From Macrostomum lignano (Eukaryota), in assembly GCA_002269645.1 (NCBI GenBank), contig NIVC01000881.1, positions 1-64,000 of the forward strand: a DNA stretch of 64,000 bases, given 5' to 3'. Shown here piece by piece: positions 11,427 through 25,900 of the stretch. The position numbers were made by a program, and so were the translations under genes. Under the pieces are notes generated by a model. That model was given only the letters and a program-made list of their open reading frames with translations, was not told where the DNA came from and ran no database searches. The number at the start of each line of letters is the position of its first letter. Within the stretch, counting starts at the first letter, position 1.

Positions 11427-13132
11427 CTACTTGATGCGGCTGCTCCGCCGACTGCCGCCTTTGTCGACGCTCAGTCTGGCGCCGGAGTTGGAGACTCGCC
11501 GGCTCGACAGCGAGCCGCCGTTGTTCGCCTTGTCAGCCGAGCCGCTTGAAGCCGCCTTGCCGCTGCCTCCGGCGGTGGTTGATAGCCGCTTGGCGCCTCG
11601 CTTGGGACCGCTGGAGTTCAGCCGCTCTGCGAAATGGTCTCTGAATATAGGATTCACCAACCTCAGACTCAGGATTCACCAACCTCAGACTCAGGATTCA
11701 CCAACCTCAGACTCAGGATTCACCAAGCTCAGACTCAGGATTCACCAACCTCAGACTCAGGATTCACCAACCTCAGACTCAGGATTCACCAACCTCAGAC
11801 TCAGGATTCACCAACCTCAGACTCAGGATTCACCAACCTCAGACTCAGGATTAATCAACCTCAGACTCAGGATTCACCAACCTTAGACTCAGAATTCACC
11901 AACCTCAAACTCAGGATTCACCAACCTCAGACTCAGGATTCACCAACCTCAGACTCAGGATTCACCAACCTTAGACTCAGAATTCACCAACCTCAGACTC
12001 AGGATTCACCAACCTCAGACTCAGGATTCACCAACCTCAGACACAGGATTAATCAACCTCAGACTCAGGATTCACCAACCTTAGACTCAGAATTCACCAA
12101 CCTCAAACTCAGGATTCACCAACCTCAAACTCAGGATTCACCAACCTCAGACTCAGGATTCACCAATCTCAGACTCAGGATTCACCAACCTCGAGCAATC
12201 CTGAGCAATAACAATTCACATCAGACTTTGTGAAACTCGGGGAAGTTTCACAAATCACCGATTCCCGGAAACTCACTGATAAAGCTGTCATCATCCTCGA
12301 GCTGATCCAGCAGCGGCATGTACAGACGCTCCTCAGCGCCTTCGCTGGATATCATCTCTACAATACAGTAAAATACAATGGGCAACAAGAAATCTCTTAA
12401 TTAAAATCTAAATTGTCACTCACTGATCTCCTTGACCAAGATGAGGCTCTCCCGGTCTCTGAACACGATCTCTGGATCTTCGTCTAGTCGTTTGCTGATC
12501 CGTTTAATATTTCCGTCCTCGTCTGAGAGATCCAGCACGTCTGCATTGAATAGGGGAAATTCAATTTCGGAATTGAAGGTTTCATCCGCTAGTTCCCAGA
12601 CAACTATAAACAGTCACAGCCTTGTACGAACGGAGATGTCTCCTGCCAATCACAGCCTCTCATATGTACATCATCATCAATCAATCTCATCAATCACATA
12701 GCGTCAGCTGTCTCACCGTCTTCGGAGCAGCCGCATCGTTCACGAATATTGGCTAAAAGTGCCTGTGCCAAGCATTTGGGGTTGAACAGCTGTTGCTTGT
12801 TGTCTGCAATATTTATTACGGTTGAAACATTTATTTAGGGCAGGGACAAGTCAAGCTTTCAATGTTCCACGTGTCTCTAAGGTTTTTGGGCGCCATTTTC
12901 GAGCGTTTAGGGTGCCAGTTTGAGTTTTGAGTGTTTTGAGGCGTCAGTTTTAAGTGTTAAAAGGCGCAAGTTTCGAGTGTTTAGAGTGCCAGTTTCGGGT
13001 GTTTAGAGTGCCAGTTTTTGTGTGCAGGGGTGTCAAATTAGAGCGTTTAGAGGCCTCATATTTGACTGCTATAATTCAGAAGTTGCAACAATGCCAATGA
13101 GCCTCACCTCCGTATTTCACCACAATGAACAT
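11427..13132 (-). CDS. CXorf65-like: CXorf65/C22orf15-like uncharacterised protein; exons 13132-13108, 12803-12717, 12603-12424, 12357-12277, last exon starting 11640
   Basis: Spliced N-terminus MFIVVKYGDNKQQLFNPKCLAQALLANIRERCG resembles the CXorf65 family (MFIxIKHGDNQQFLVNxNC..LL..IR). All introns are phase 1 GT-AG. The frame of the final exon is ambiguous: stop at 11618, or a basic Gly/Ser/Arg tail ending at 11427. Confidence 0.72.
11649..12192. repeat. Intronic minisatellite, 22-bp unit (GGATTCACCAACCTCAGACTCA), ~24 copies
   Basis: Fills the last intron of the CXorf65-like gene and abuts its acceptor. Confidence 0.95.
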
Positions 13133-14101
13133 CGCGCTTGATGGCAGTTGCTTCAGTAATTAAGTTGAATTAAATTTATTAGGCAAGAATTCGATTTTTG
13201 CACCTGGGATACAGCAGTTTAGTAAATGCTATTTGCAATTAAAAACTGTGAATGTATTGCTTTAGCCTCTGCTTGGTTGAGTACAGATCAGACAGCAGCT
13301 GCAGAAGCAGATTAGATAAAAACTCAATGCAAGGCGACTAAAAGCAGCGACTGAGAGACGAAATTAATAAAAGCAAAGGGGAGGCAGAATAACAGCTTCT
13401 GGTTGCGTGTTTGGGTGTGAGCCAGAGACTCAGGGGGTGGCCTGTCCGAAGTTTGGCAATTAAACAGGGCTGTTTGGACACTTTTAACAATGTATGCTGT
13501 GTGTGTTACATGCGCTGCCAACTGTTGCTCTAGCCTGCACCGGAGCCAAGTCTTCTCCACCTACGATTTTTAATATGCCACGCACTGCCAGGTACAACGC
13601 GCATAGGTGCTCATTCTCCCCACCCAATTCCTATCTCTCACGGCCATCACCTACCCTATCCTATCGCGCTTACAGACCCGGCTACAGCAGAGCGAGAGAG
13701 AGAGAGGTGGGAAGAGGAAGAGGAAGTCAGTCCTCAGGTTGCCATGACGACTGTGAGCCGCCGGTCCACCTCTTCTCTTCTCTACCTCTCCAAATGCCTT
13801 CCTGACTCCAGAATATGCCGGAGCCAATGCTGCCTTTTTTACATTCTCCTCCCGCTCATCATGCTGCAATGCTCACTCACTACCTGCTGTTCTACACTTT
13901 GCTGCCGGCTGAATTCACCGACTGCTGCCGCTCTGGGTTGCCTCCCAGCAGTGCAGCAGCCGCCGTTTCTGCGTACAAAGCATTTCTCTCTTTCCTTTGT
14001 CCCGCCTTTCCGATTAACCTAAAGTCGCTGCGTTTCCGCGGTAGCGGGCCAGGGCTACAGAATCTCTTTCTGGGAACTTTCTCGGCTCCTTGGATCAGCC
14101 C

Positions 14102-14346
<245 letters not shown>

Positions 14347-14506
14347 GGCTGTCTTTGAATTTTTTTAAATAGCTTTTTTTGCACTTTTCGTTGTTAATAC
14401 TCGTAAATAGTTAAAACCCTGACGAAGGCCGCCTAGCCTAGGCCGAAATATCGGTTCCAAGAAACCTAGTCGAACTGTGTGCGTGAATTTTTCCTTTGTT
14501 TTCATA

Positions 14507-15870
<1,364 letters not shown>

Positions 15871-16721
15871 AAGGATCTTTTATTTGATTGTGGCAGCTCC
15901 GACGCATTTCTGCACTTGCTGGCGGACAGCATGCACCTTTTAATTGAGTTTTATTTAGAAAAACAATCAGCAGAAGCTAAGTTTTTTGACATAAGCGCAC
16001 AAAAACATTCCCAGAAAATCTGCTTGCGCAGCAGAATTCTGATCTGGTGCAACAGCTGGGCCTGCGCGACTTCAGTCTGGGCTGATTAAATGATCGGTGC
16101 GGGGCAACCCAGCTGTCCTGCACCCGACTGCAGCCAAATAAACGAGCCATTCACCCACAGATTGCGGGCGGCTCGCGCAAGAACCTGCAGTGACGAAGGG
16201 CGGATCAGCGTGAGGGCGCTGAGCATTCCAGCGAGTGCTGACTTCAGCACAGTCAGCAATTAATCGTCTTTGCTCGATCCCCAAAGAATTGAATCGCGCC
16301 GTCTGTTGCCACCGCGGATTAGCCGGCCAGGGAGCTCAAAGTCCGCCCCGTGCTCAGTTGGAGGATCAAGGATAATCCTTGGTGGCACAGGTGCGCTTGC
16401 CAAAATTGGGGACAATATCCAGTGCTAGTTAAATTGAATTGACTAATCTGCATTGGCGACCAGAATTAAGTCCTTGGTCTTTAGCTGAGGGTATTTAAAC
16501 CAGCAAAACTCGCGCCTCAGAAATCAGCTTTAAGCTTTTCCCCCAAGAATCCCAGATTCCAAGCATTCAGTCTTGTCTCTCACTGCAGAGGCACCGCTTC
16601 TCTCTGCCTCTGTGTCCTCTGTGATAATCTCAAGCAAAACTTCTCCTTCTAGAAGGAAAGCAAAAACAGTGAACAGATACTGCAACAGAATCTACGGCAA
16701 GCCAATTGCAGACTGTTAGAG

Positions 16722-19700
16722 ATGATCTCTAACCAGCGTTTGACTCTGCCGTCAGCTTCTGCTGGCTTCGGTCTTCTGCTTCTGGCGCTGCTGGTGCTGC
16801 AGCAGCTCGGCTCCGCCAGCTCCACTGCCGCCGACGTTAAGCTCAAGGAGACTCCCATGTGAGTTGCCATGCTCAGGAGTGTGAGGATAGAAGACGAAGA
16901 TAGAACATGAAGATAGAACATGGCGATAGAACACGAAGGTAGAACATGAAGATAGAACGTGAAGAAAGAACGTGAAGAAGATAGAACGTGAAGAAAGAAC
17001 GTGAAGAAGATAGAACATGAAGATAGAACGCGAAGATAGAACATGGCGATAGAACACGAAGGTAGAACATGAAGATAGAACGTGAAGAAATAACGTGAAG
17101 AAGATAGAACGTGAAGATAGAACGTGAAGATAGAACGTGAAGATAGAACATGAAGATAGAACACGAAGATAGAACACGAAGATAGAACATGGCGATAGAA
17201 CATGAAGATAGAACACGAAGATAGAACACGAATATAGAACACGAAGATAGAAAACGAAGATAGAACACGAAGACAGAACATGAAGATAGATCATGAAGAT
17301 AGAATGCAAAGATAGAGTATCTCGGACCCGCACACCGGGACATCAGGTTGAAAATCAGAACGCGTGTCAAAGATTGACATGACAGCGAAGATCTGATCGC
17401 GCCTTCTTCCTCCCTCGCTTCCAGCACGGGCCGCTCTGGCTGGTGCATCGTCACTTTGCAGCGCCGCGAGGAGAAGAACTCGTCCTGCGGCAACATGGTG
17501 GAGATGACCATGGAGGGCCTGACCATCGACGAGTCCTCGGTGCCCATCCTGACCGACGCCGCGCTGGCCAACCGGACGATGCACGAGAAACGGCAGCTAT
17601 CGTTGCAGACCTACATTCGCGACTTCGCTTATAGCAAGGCCACGCCTAACTGCACGTTCTATAAGTGAGCGAAAATTTTTCTACTGGCTACTGGTAGTAG
17701 AGGAATTAGAGAGGACAGTTTAAACTTAAGCTCAAGTAGAGACAGGAGTTCAAATTTGCACTTTACGATTTGAACAACCAAAAAACTGGCTGAAATCTAC
17801 GGGTCAACATGCCAATGGTCCTTTAGTTCACAACCGTGTCTAACATGTTCACACCCTGTCTAACATGTTCACACCCTGTCTAACATGTTCACACCCTGTC
17901 TAACATGTTCACACCCTGTCTAACATGTTCACACCCTGTCTAACAGTTTACAGCCCTGTCTAACAGCTCACAACCCTGTCTAACATTTTCACACCCCTGT
18001 CTAACAGTTCACACCCCTATCTAACATGTTCACACTCCTGTCTAACAGTTCACAGCCCTGTCTAACAGTCCCAACTCCTTAATAGTTCATACCCCTGTCT
18101 AACAGCTCACACGCCTGTCCACAATCCTGTTCAACAGTGAACCACACTCTAGCCCAGCAAAGCCCTCTTCACACCCCTTCACACCACCACCCAGGCTGAC
18201 CAACATCGAGAAGACGCAGTGCTGCGTTGGCTACGATGGCAGCAACTGCCAGACGGTTGTCTGCTTCGTCGATCGCGGCGGCTGCCTAAACGGCGGCAAG
18301 TGCGTCAAGCCCAACGTTTGCCAGTGCGCCACCAACTACCTGGGCACAAACTGCGATGAGGACCTCAACGGTGAGTACTGTTAGAACTCTCATGGGCGGG
18401 AACATGCAAGCATGGCCAACTCGCAACTGGTGCAAACTTTGCTGTTGGATTAACAGTATCTCAACTCTGGACTTCCGAATGGCAAATGAAGCAATTTTGT
18501 CAATTTCGCCAGAACTTTGCTGGCTGGCTGGACTCCGGTAGCATTTCTGATAATTATGAAAATTTTGAGTGCATATCTCGGTATCAGTTTTATGTACACT
18601 TGCTTCATTTGCAATTCGGAAGTCCAGAAGGTGAGATATTGTGAACAAGGTACTAAAAATATCTACGAGATAGTACATTTTCAGCGAAACTCACGGATAC
18701 TATTATTACAACTAGATGGGCCCCTCAGCACATTTCCGGATAGGCTACTTTAAGTAGAAAGATAAATCTATAAGCATTTTAATGTCTTTTAGCACAAGAC
18801 TCGCTTATTTGGCCCTCTCCTCACCCGCTCTGGCCGCGTCTTTCCGCACAAAATCTCTACCCCATCGCCCCCCAATTTTTATTGCCTCCCTCGGCCTTCC
18901 CGCTCAAAGCTGCCTGCCTGCCATGTACATTATATTCGCTCGTTTATTGGCCCTCTCACCCCTTTACAGCCGCGTCTTTCCGCACAAAATCTCTACCCCA
19001 TCGCCCCCCAATTTTTATTGCCTCCCTCGGCCTTCCCGCTCAAAGCTGCCTGCCTGCCATGTACATTATATTCGCTCGTTTATTGGCCCTCTCACCCCTT
19101 TACAGCCGCGTCTTTCCGCACAAAATCTCTACCCATCGCCCCCAATTTTTATTGCCTCCCTCGGCCTTCCCGCTCAAAGCTGCCTGCCTGCCATGTACAT
19201 TATATTCGCTCGTTTATTGGCCCTCTCACCCCTTTACAGCCGCGTCTTTCCGCACAAAATCTCTACCCCCGGCCCGCCCCCCCCCCCTGATTTTTCTTGC
19301 CATCCTCGATGTCCAGCTTAAAGTTTCGCTTGTCATGCACATTCTTAGTTACGCTGGCTAATGTACATTACTGCTGCACCATTAGCCAGTTGTTTACGTT
19401 TGCAAGCTTGGCTTATAAATTTATCGAGTCATTTCAACAGTCTTTTCATTAAATAAATAGCTTCTGTATTCTTCTTTGCTACAAGTGAAACTTCATTATT
19501 AAGCATATGTACCTAAGTGGCTCATCTAGCTATTCTAGTACATGTATCTGCAGAGTATTCTCGTATTCTGTGAGCAATGGAAAGCCTGAACGATTTCAAA
19601 CTCACATTTACATGTGGTGCAAATGTTGTAATGATACTCTCAATTCAGTAGTACGTAAAGAGTAGCCGAGTAGCTAAAGTAACTAAAGTATGAAAATCAA

Positions 19701-19914
19701 GGGATTACGTGTAATAAAAACTGCTTGTTTCCCCAACTGCTTCCAGCCATCAAGAACAACCCGAACGAGCAGTATTGCTACTCAGACGACGCCTGTCTGA
19801 CCAAGAAGACCGGCTTCGGCTCGAGTCGGGTTGCGTTCGGGCGCTGCTGCTCCGACGGCACCGGCAGCTTTGGCTACCAGAAGGGCTGCATGAGCTGCAA
19901 GACCAGCACTGTTG
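16722..19914 (+). CDS. Exons 1-4 of giant gene: signal peptide, EMI-like domain, EGF-like domain, TB-like Cys module
   Basis: Signal peptide [33 protein letters not shown]; EMI-like WC...C...C...[10 protein letters not shown]; [27 protein letters not shown]; CYSDDAC...[19 protein letters not shown]. An acceptor at 16652 implies an upstream non-coding exon. Confidence 0.8.
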
Positions 19915-22900
19915 GTAAGATGTCTCATCGACTCTGTCCGACGACTCTGTCCCATCTGTTGACGACTCCGTCTCACCTGTTGACGAGTCTGTCTCACCAG
20001 TTAATGACTCTGTCTCACCTGTTAATGACTCTGTCTCACCTGTTGACGAGTCTGTCTCACCAGTTAATGACTCTGTCTCACCTGTTAATGACTCTGTCTC
20101 ACCTCCTGTTGACGGCTCTGTCTCACATGTTGACGGCTCTGTCTCACATGTTAATGACTCTGTCTCACCTCCTGTTGACGGCTCTGTCTCACATGTTGAC
20201 GAGTCTGTCTCACCAGTTAATGACTCTGTCTCACCTGTTGACGAGTCTGTCTCACCAGTTAATGACTCTGTCTCACCTGTTGACGAGTCTGTCTCACCAG
20301 TTAATGACTCTGTCTCACCTGTTAATGACTCTGTCTCACCTCCTGTTGACGGCTCTGTCTCACATGTTGACGGCTCTGTCTCACATGTTAATGACTCTGT
20401 CTCACCTCCTGTTGACGGCTCTGTCTCACATGTTGACGACTCTGTCTCACCTGTTGACGACTCTGTCTCACCTGTTGATGACTCTGTCTCACCTGTTGAT
20501 GACTCTGTCTCACCTGTTGATGACTCTGACTCACCTCCTGTTGACGGCTCTGTCTCACATGTTGATGACTCTGTCTCACCTGTTGATGACTCTGACTCAC
20601 CTCCTGTTGACGGCTCTGTCTCACCTGTTGACGACTCTGTCTCACCTGTTGATGACTCTGTCTCACCTGTTGATGACTCTGACTCACCTCCTGTTGACGG
20701 CTCTGTCTCACATGTTGATGACTCTGTCTCACCTCCTGTTGACGGCTCTGTCTCACCTGTTGATGACTCTGTCTCACCTCCTGTTGACGGCTCTGTCTCA
20801 CATGTTGATGACTCTGTCTCACCTCCTGTTGACGGCTCTGTCTCACCTGTTGACGACTCTGTCTCACCTGTTGATGACTCTGTCTCACCTCCTGTTGACG
20901 GCTCTGTCTCACATGTTGACGGCTCTGTCTCACATGTTGACGACTCTGTCTCACCTCCTGTTGACGGCTCTGTCTCACCTGTTGACGGCTCTGTCTCACA
21001 TGTTGACGACTCTGTCTCACCTGTTGACGGGGCTCTTACTTTCTGGCTTTCAGCTCTTTGAACACAGCAGTCGTTACCCCTATCTAACCAAGAATGTGTG
21101 CATTCAATCCACTTAGCAAGTTCTTCTTTTTAAATAATACGACCATAAATTCATCACCGCTCGACAGCCAGGAACAATACGGGAGTCGAGGTCGTGCCAT
21201 TCGACACCTGCGTGAGCTACGGCCCGAACTCCTATCGAACGTTCGACGGTCTCACCTTCGAGTATCAGGGCCGGTGCACCTACCTGCTGGCTGGCAGTAC
21301 GAACCCCACTATGAAGTGGTGGTGCACCATCACACTGCTCAACTGCGACAAGTTTGAGACCTGTAGGAAGGTAAAGCTTAGCTTGGAGACGATTTTGTAC
21401 ATTTTGGGTCACACTGGAGATAGACTGTGGGTCACTCAAATAAGATAAAGGGAAATTGATCAGATTCATAACTGCAAAATTGAATAACACAAGGCTATTA
21501 AACTCAAATCTCAATTGCAACACAATTTCAGCAAATAACGATGCGTTTCGACGACATCAACCAGTACGTGGCTCTAGGCTACAATGTCCAGGTCTTCAAG
21601 CTGTCCGGCACCACAGGAGCCACCACTCTCACTGCCAACGTCACCCTGGAGGAGAATTCGGAGCCGAACGAGTGGAACGGAGTGAAAGTCGAACGCAAAG
21701 GTGTCAATGTTTACCTGACCGTTCGCAGCATCGGCGTCAAGCTTAAGTGGGACAACGAGAACTCCGTCTTCGTCACGGTGGACCGCTCGCTTCACAAGAA
21801 CCGAGGCCTGAAGGGCCTCTGCGGCGACTACGATGGCGACGCGACTAACGACTTTGGCAGCGCGCCAAATCCTGCGGCATTCGGCAACCAGTGGAAATCG
21901 GAGTCGGTGAGTGACGAGCTCGGATGGATCTTGTGTGGTGACTGAGTCTGTGTACCTGCGTCCGTTTTCCGGTACACCCTGTGTGAATTGGCATGACTTG
22001 CACGGGTTCCGCAATCGCTAGAAATCAGCATGGCTCACCGGTCCTTTCCCATCTTGCGCAGTGCCAAGACATCGCCAATGTGCCAATCCACTGCGAGAGC
22101 CCCGAGGACCAGGCGGCCGCGGAGGGCGACTGCCGGCCAATCAACAACGTGTTCTTCCAGTGCCATAGCAAGATCAGCCCCACCCAGGTGGTCAAGAGGT
22201 GCGTGCAGGACATGTGCATCCTGAAGAAGAAAGGCGAGACCAGCGACTCAGCCAAGTCATCGGTGCTGTGCTCCCACCTGAGCGCCTACTCGTACCAGTG
22301 CTCGCTGGAGGGTATCTGCATCGACTGGCGCGGCAGCACCATGTGCCGTGAGTAGAACTGACAACTCACCTGGCAACGACTGACCCGTCGCAGCCAATAG
22401 GCCATTAGAGGCACTCGCGTGCTTGTAGATTTTATAATTCAAAACGGACCAGAGGGTTTTAGTATTTGAAAATTCGTTTTTTTCTAAAAAATTAAAATCC
22501 AATTCAAAACCGCGCCAAAATATGTGTTTTGAAGCAATTATTAAATTAATTAAAATAGCTATGGCAAGTGCTCATGAAACATCTTTTAAAACTCAGATAT
22601 TTAAAATGTTAATACTTTTGAACGTGAATTTTAGTGCTTGACAATTCTTCAACTAAATTTGATTGGCGCCAATTTGAATTTGATTTTAGTTAATGAAGAA
22701 AAACAAAGGAAGCCCAAAGTTCAACTCAATTTTTCGAACAAATCCAGAAGTACAGCAATTACCAGTATCTTTACTGCTTTATTTACACAGAACCTCATTC
22801 TAAGTTCTTAGGAACTACTAAATATTTAGAAGCTATAACTAAGACACTTCTGAGACGACTTCTTTAATTTACGCATCAAACCCGGAAAAATATCCGTTTT

Positions 22901-25900
22901 GCAGCTCAGAGCTGCCCGGCCCTGATGACCTGGAGCGAGTGCGCCAGCGCCTGCCCGACCACCTGCGCCAATTACGATCAGCTGAAATCTGCCACCTGCG
23001 AGAGCAGCATGGTGCCCAGGTGCAAATGCGGCTCCGGCTACGTCCATTACAAAAGTACATGCATCCGGCCGAACGAGTGCCCGTGCACTTATAACTCGGT
23101 AGAGTACATGCCAGGCAGCAACCTGGTGGTTGACTGCAGCACCTGGTAAGTGCGATGCTGCTTGCTCTCTGGCTCTAAGCTAGAACTTTTTATCTGTATT
23201 CTAGTAGGTGCTAGTCCCACCTTTAACAGGTATTAGCTCTAATCTAACCGGTATAAGCTCCAGTCTAAGCGGTATAAGCTCCAGTCTAACCGGTATAAGC
23301 TCCTGTCTAAGCGGTATAAGCTCCTGTCTAAGCGGTATAAGCTCCAGTCTAAACGGTATAAGCTCCAGTCTAACCGGTATAAGCTCCTGTCTAAGCGGTA
23401 TAAGCTCCTGTCTAAGCGGTATAAGCTCCAGTCTAACCGGTATAAGCTCCAGTCTAAGTGGTATAAGCTCCTGTCTAACCGGTATAAGCCCCAATCTAAC
23501 CGGTATAAGCTCCAGTCTAACCGGTATAAGCTCCAGTCTAACCGGTATAAGCTCCAGTCTAAGTGGTATAAGCCCCAATCTAACCGGTAAAAGCTCCTGT
23601 CTAACCGGTAAAAGCTCGCATTTACTCGCTATACAAGTTCAGCCCTGATCACTCATCCTTTCCCCTTTCAGCAACTGCGCCAATGGACGCTGGCAGTGCA
23701 CCTACAACCCGAACTGCCCGAAGATGTGCTCAATCACTGGTAGCCACATCGTCACCTTCGATGGCGCCAAGATGGACTTCAACCCGATGGGCTGCGCGTA
23801 CACCCTGCTGGAGCCGGTGTCTGGCGCCAATGACTCGCGCCTGCAAGTCCAGGTAACCATGGAGCCGAGCCCGGAGTACCTGCTGGCAGTCACCGCCGAC
23901 TCCCAGTTCGTCAATCTGCCCAAGATGATCACCGTCAAGTACCGCGGCGTCACCATCCAGCTGAAGTCGGTGACGCTGGCGGCCGGCACCCGACCATCCG
24001 TGATCATCGATGGAGTCGACTTCACGAATTCGCTGCCGTACGAGAATGTGCGCAGCCAGATCCTTGTGCGCCAGCTCACCTCCTTCTACGCCATGGTGAA
24101 GATCGGCAACCACCTCAGCGTGTACTTCGACGGCTACAGAACTGTCGAACTGAAGGGCGCCAAATTGCTGAGTCAGAAGGTGCGTTTTGGTTGATGTTCG
24201 CCTATCCAAAACTATTCTAAAATGTGTGTTAATCCGCGTCTCAAATGTGTGTGAATCCATTCTTGACATGTTTGTGAATCCATGTCTAACATGTGTGAAT
24301 CCATGTCTAACATGTGTGTGAATCCATGTCTAGCATGTGTGTGAATCCATGTCTAATATGTGTTTATCCATGTCTAACATGTGTGTGAATCCATGTTAAA
24401 TGTGTGTGAATCCATGTCTAACATGTGTTTATCCATGTCTAACATGTGTGAACCCATGTTTAATGTGTGTGAATCCATGTTAAATGTGTGTGAATCCATA
24501 TTTAATGTGTGTGAATCCATGTTTAAAGTGTGTGAATCCATATTTAATGTGTGTGAATCCATGTTTAATGTGTGTGAATCCATATTTAATGTGTGTGAAT
24601 CCATGTTTAAAGTGTGTGAATCCATGTTTAATGTGTGTGAATCCATGTTTAATGTGTGTGAATCCATATTTAATGTGTGTGAATCCATGTTTAATGTGTG
24701 TGAATCCATCTTTAATGTGTGTGAATCCATGTTAAATGTGTGTGAATCTTGTCCTAAGGTGCGAATTCAATTGCAATTCAGCTATGAACACTTGCCTAAA
24801 ATGTGTGAATCCACAGACAACAGCTGTGAATGTGTGCCTTATAGCCATTAATCCTGGCCTACAATTTTTGAATTGTCCTTCGCTATTTACGCTCGTATAA
24901 ATCCAGTCCTCACGCTAGCGAGTCAATTACCAACTTTCAGATCGAAGGCCTATGCGGAAACTTTGATAGCAAAACGGAGAACGACCTGCACACCAAGGGC
25001 TCCGATATGATTGCGCCCCCCGTGCAGGTGGCGCAGTCCTACGTGTCCGGCTCCTGCAGCAAGACCGCCGCGGAGCTGCCCAGCCCCGGCTCGACTTCTC
25101 AGTCTGTAAGTCAGAGTCCACTCCCTCTCCTGACTGATTCTGAGAGTCCACTCCCTCTCCTGACTGATTCTGAGAGTCCACCCCCTCTCCTGACTAATTT
25201 TGAGAGTCCGCCCCCTCTCCTGACTGAGTTTAAGTCAGTCAGTGGAGCACTGATCATGCCCGATGTCATAAATAAAACCTGTGCCCATGGAATATCACTT
25301 GCACAGTGAACGAGTCACAGTGAACGAGTCACAGTGAACGAGTCACAGTGAACGAGTCACAGTGAACGAGTCACAGTGAACGAGTCACAGTGAACGAGTC
25401 ACAGTGAACGAGTCACAGTGAACGAGTCACAGTGAACGAGTCACAGTGAACGAGTCACAGTGAACGAGTCACAGTGAACGAGTCACAGTGAACGAGTCAC
25501 AGTGAACGAGTCACAGTGAACGAGTCACAGTGAACGAGTCACAGTGAACGAGTCACAGTGAACGAGTCACAGTGAACGAGTCACAGTGAACGAGTCACAG
25601 TGAACGAGTCACAGTGAACGAGTCACAGTGAACGAGTCACAGTGAACGAGTCACAGTGAACGAGTCACAGTGAACGAGTCACAGTGAACGAGTCACAGTG
25701 AACGAGTCACAGTGAACGAGTCACAGTGAACGAGTCACAGTGAACGAGTCACAGTGAACGAGTCACAGTGAACGAGTCACAGTGAACGAGTCACAGTGAA
25801 CGAGTCACACTGAAGTGAACGTAGTTTTAATTTACACAAAAGTTTGCATGCAATGCCCAAAATAGTCAGACAGGTACATTCTGATTAAAATAATTATTTT

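Noticed and set aside
19915-21116. 463-aa ORF 19725-21116 read as one protein
   Set aside because: Only 19747-19914 is coding; a GTAAG donor at 19915 precedes a 21/24-bp minisatellite.
25303-25812. CRISPR-like array, or RAG/Transib signal (contains heptamer CACAGTG)
   Set aside because: No unique spacers, no nonamer, no transposase, eukaryotic intron context. The 26-32-bp arrays elsewhere also lack spacers.
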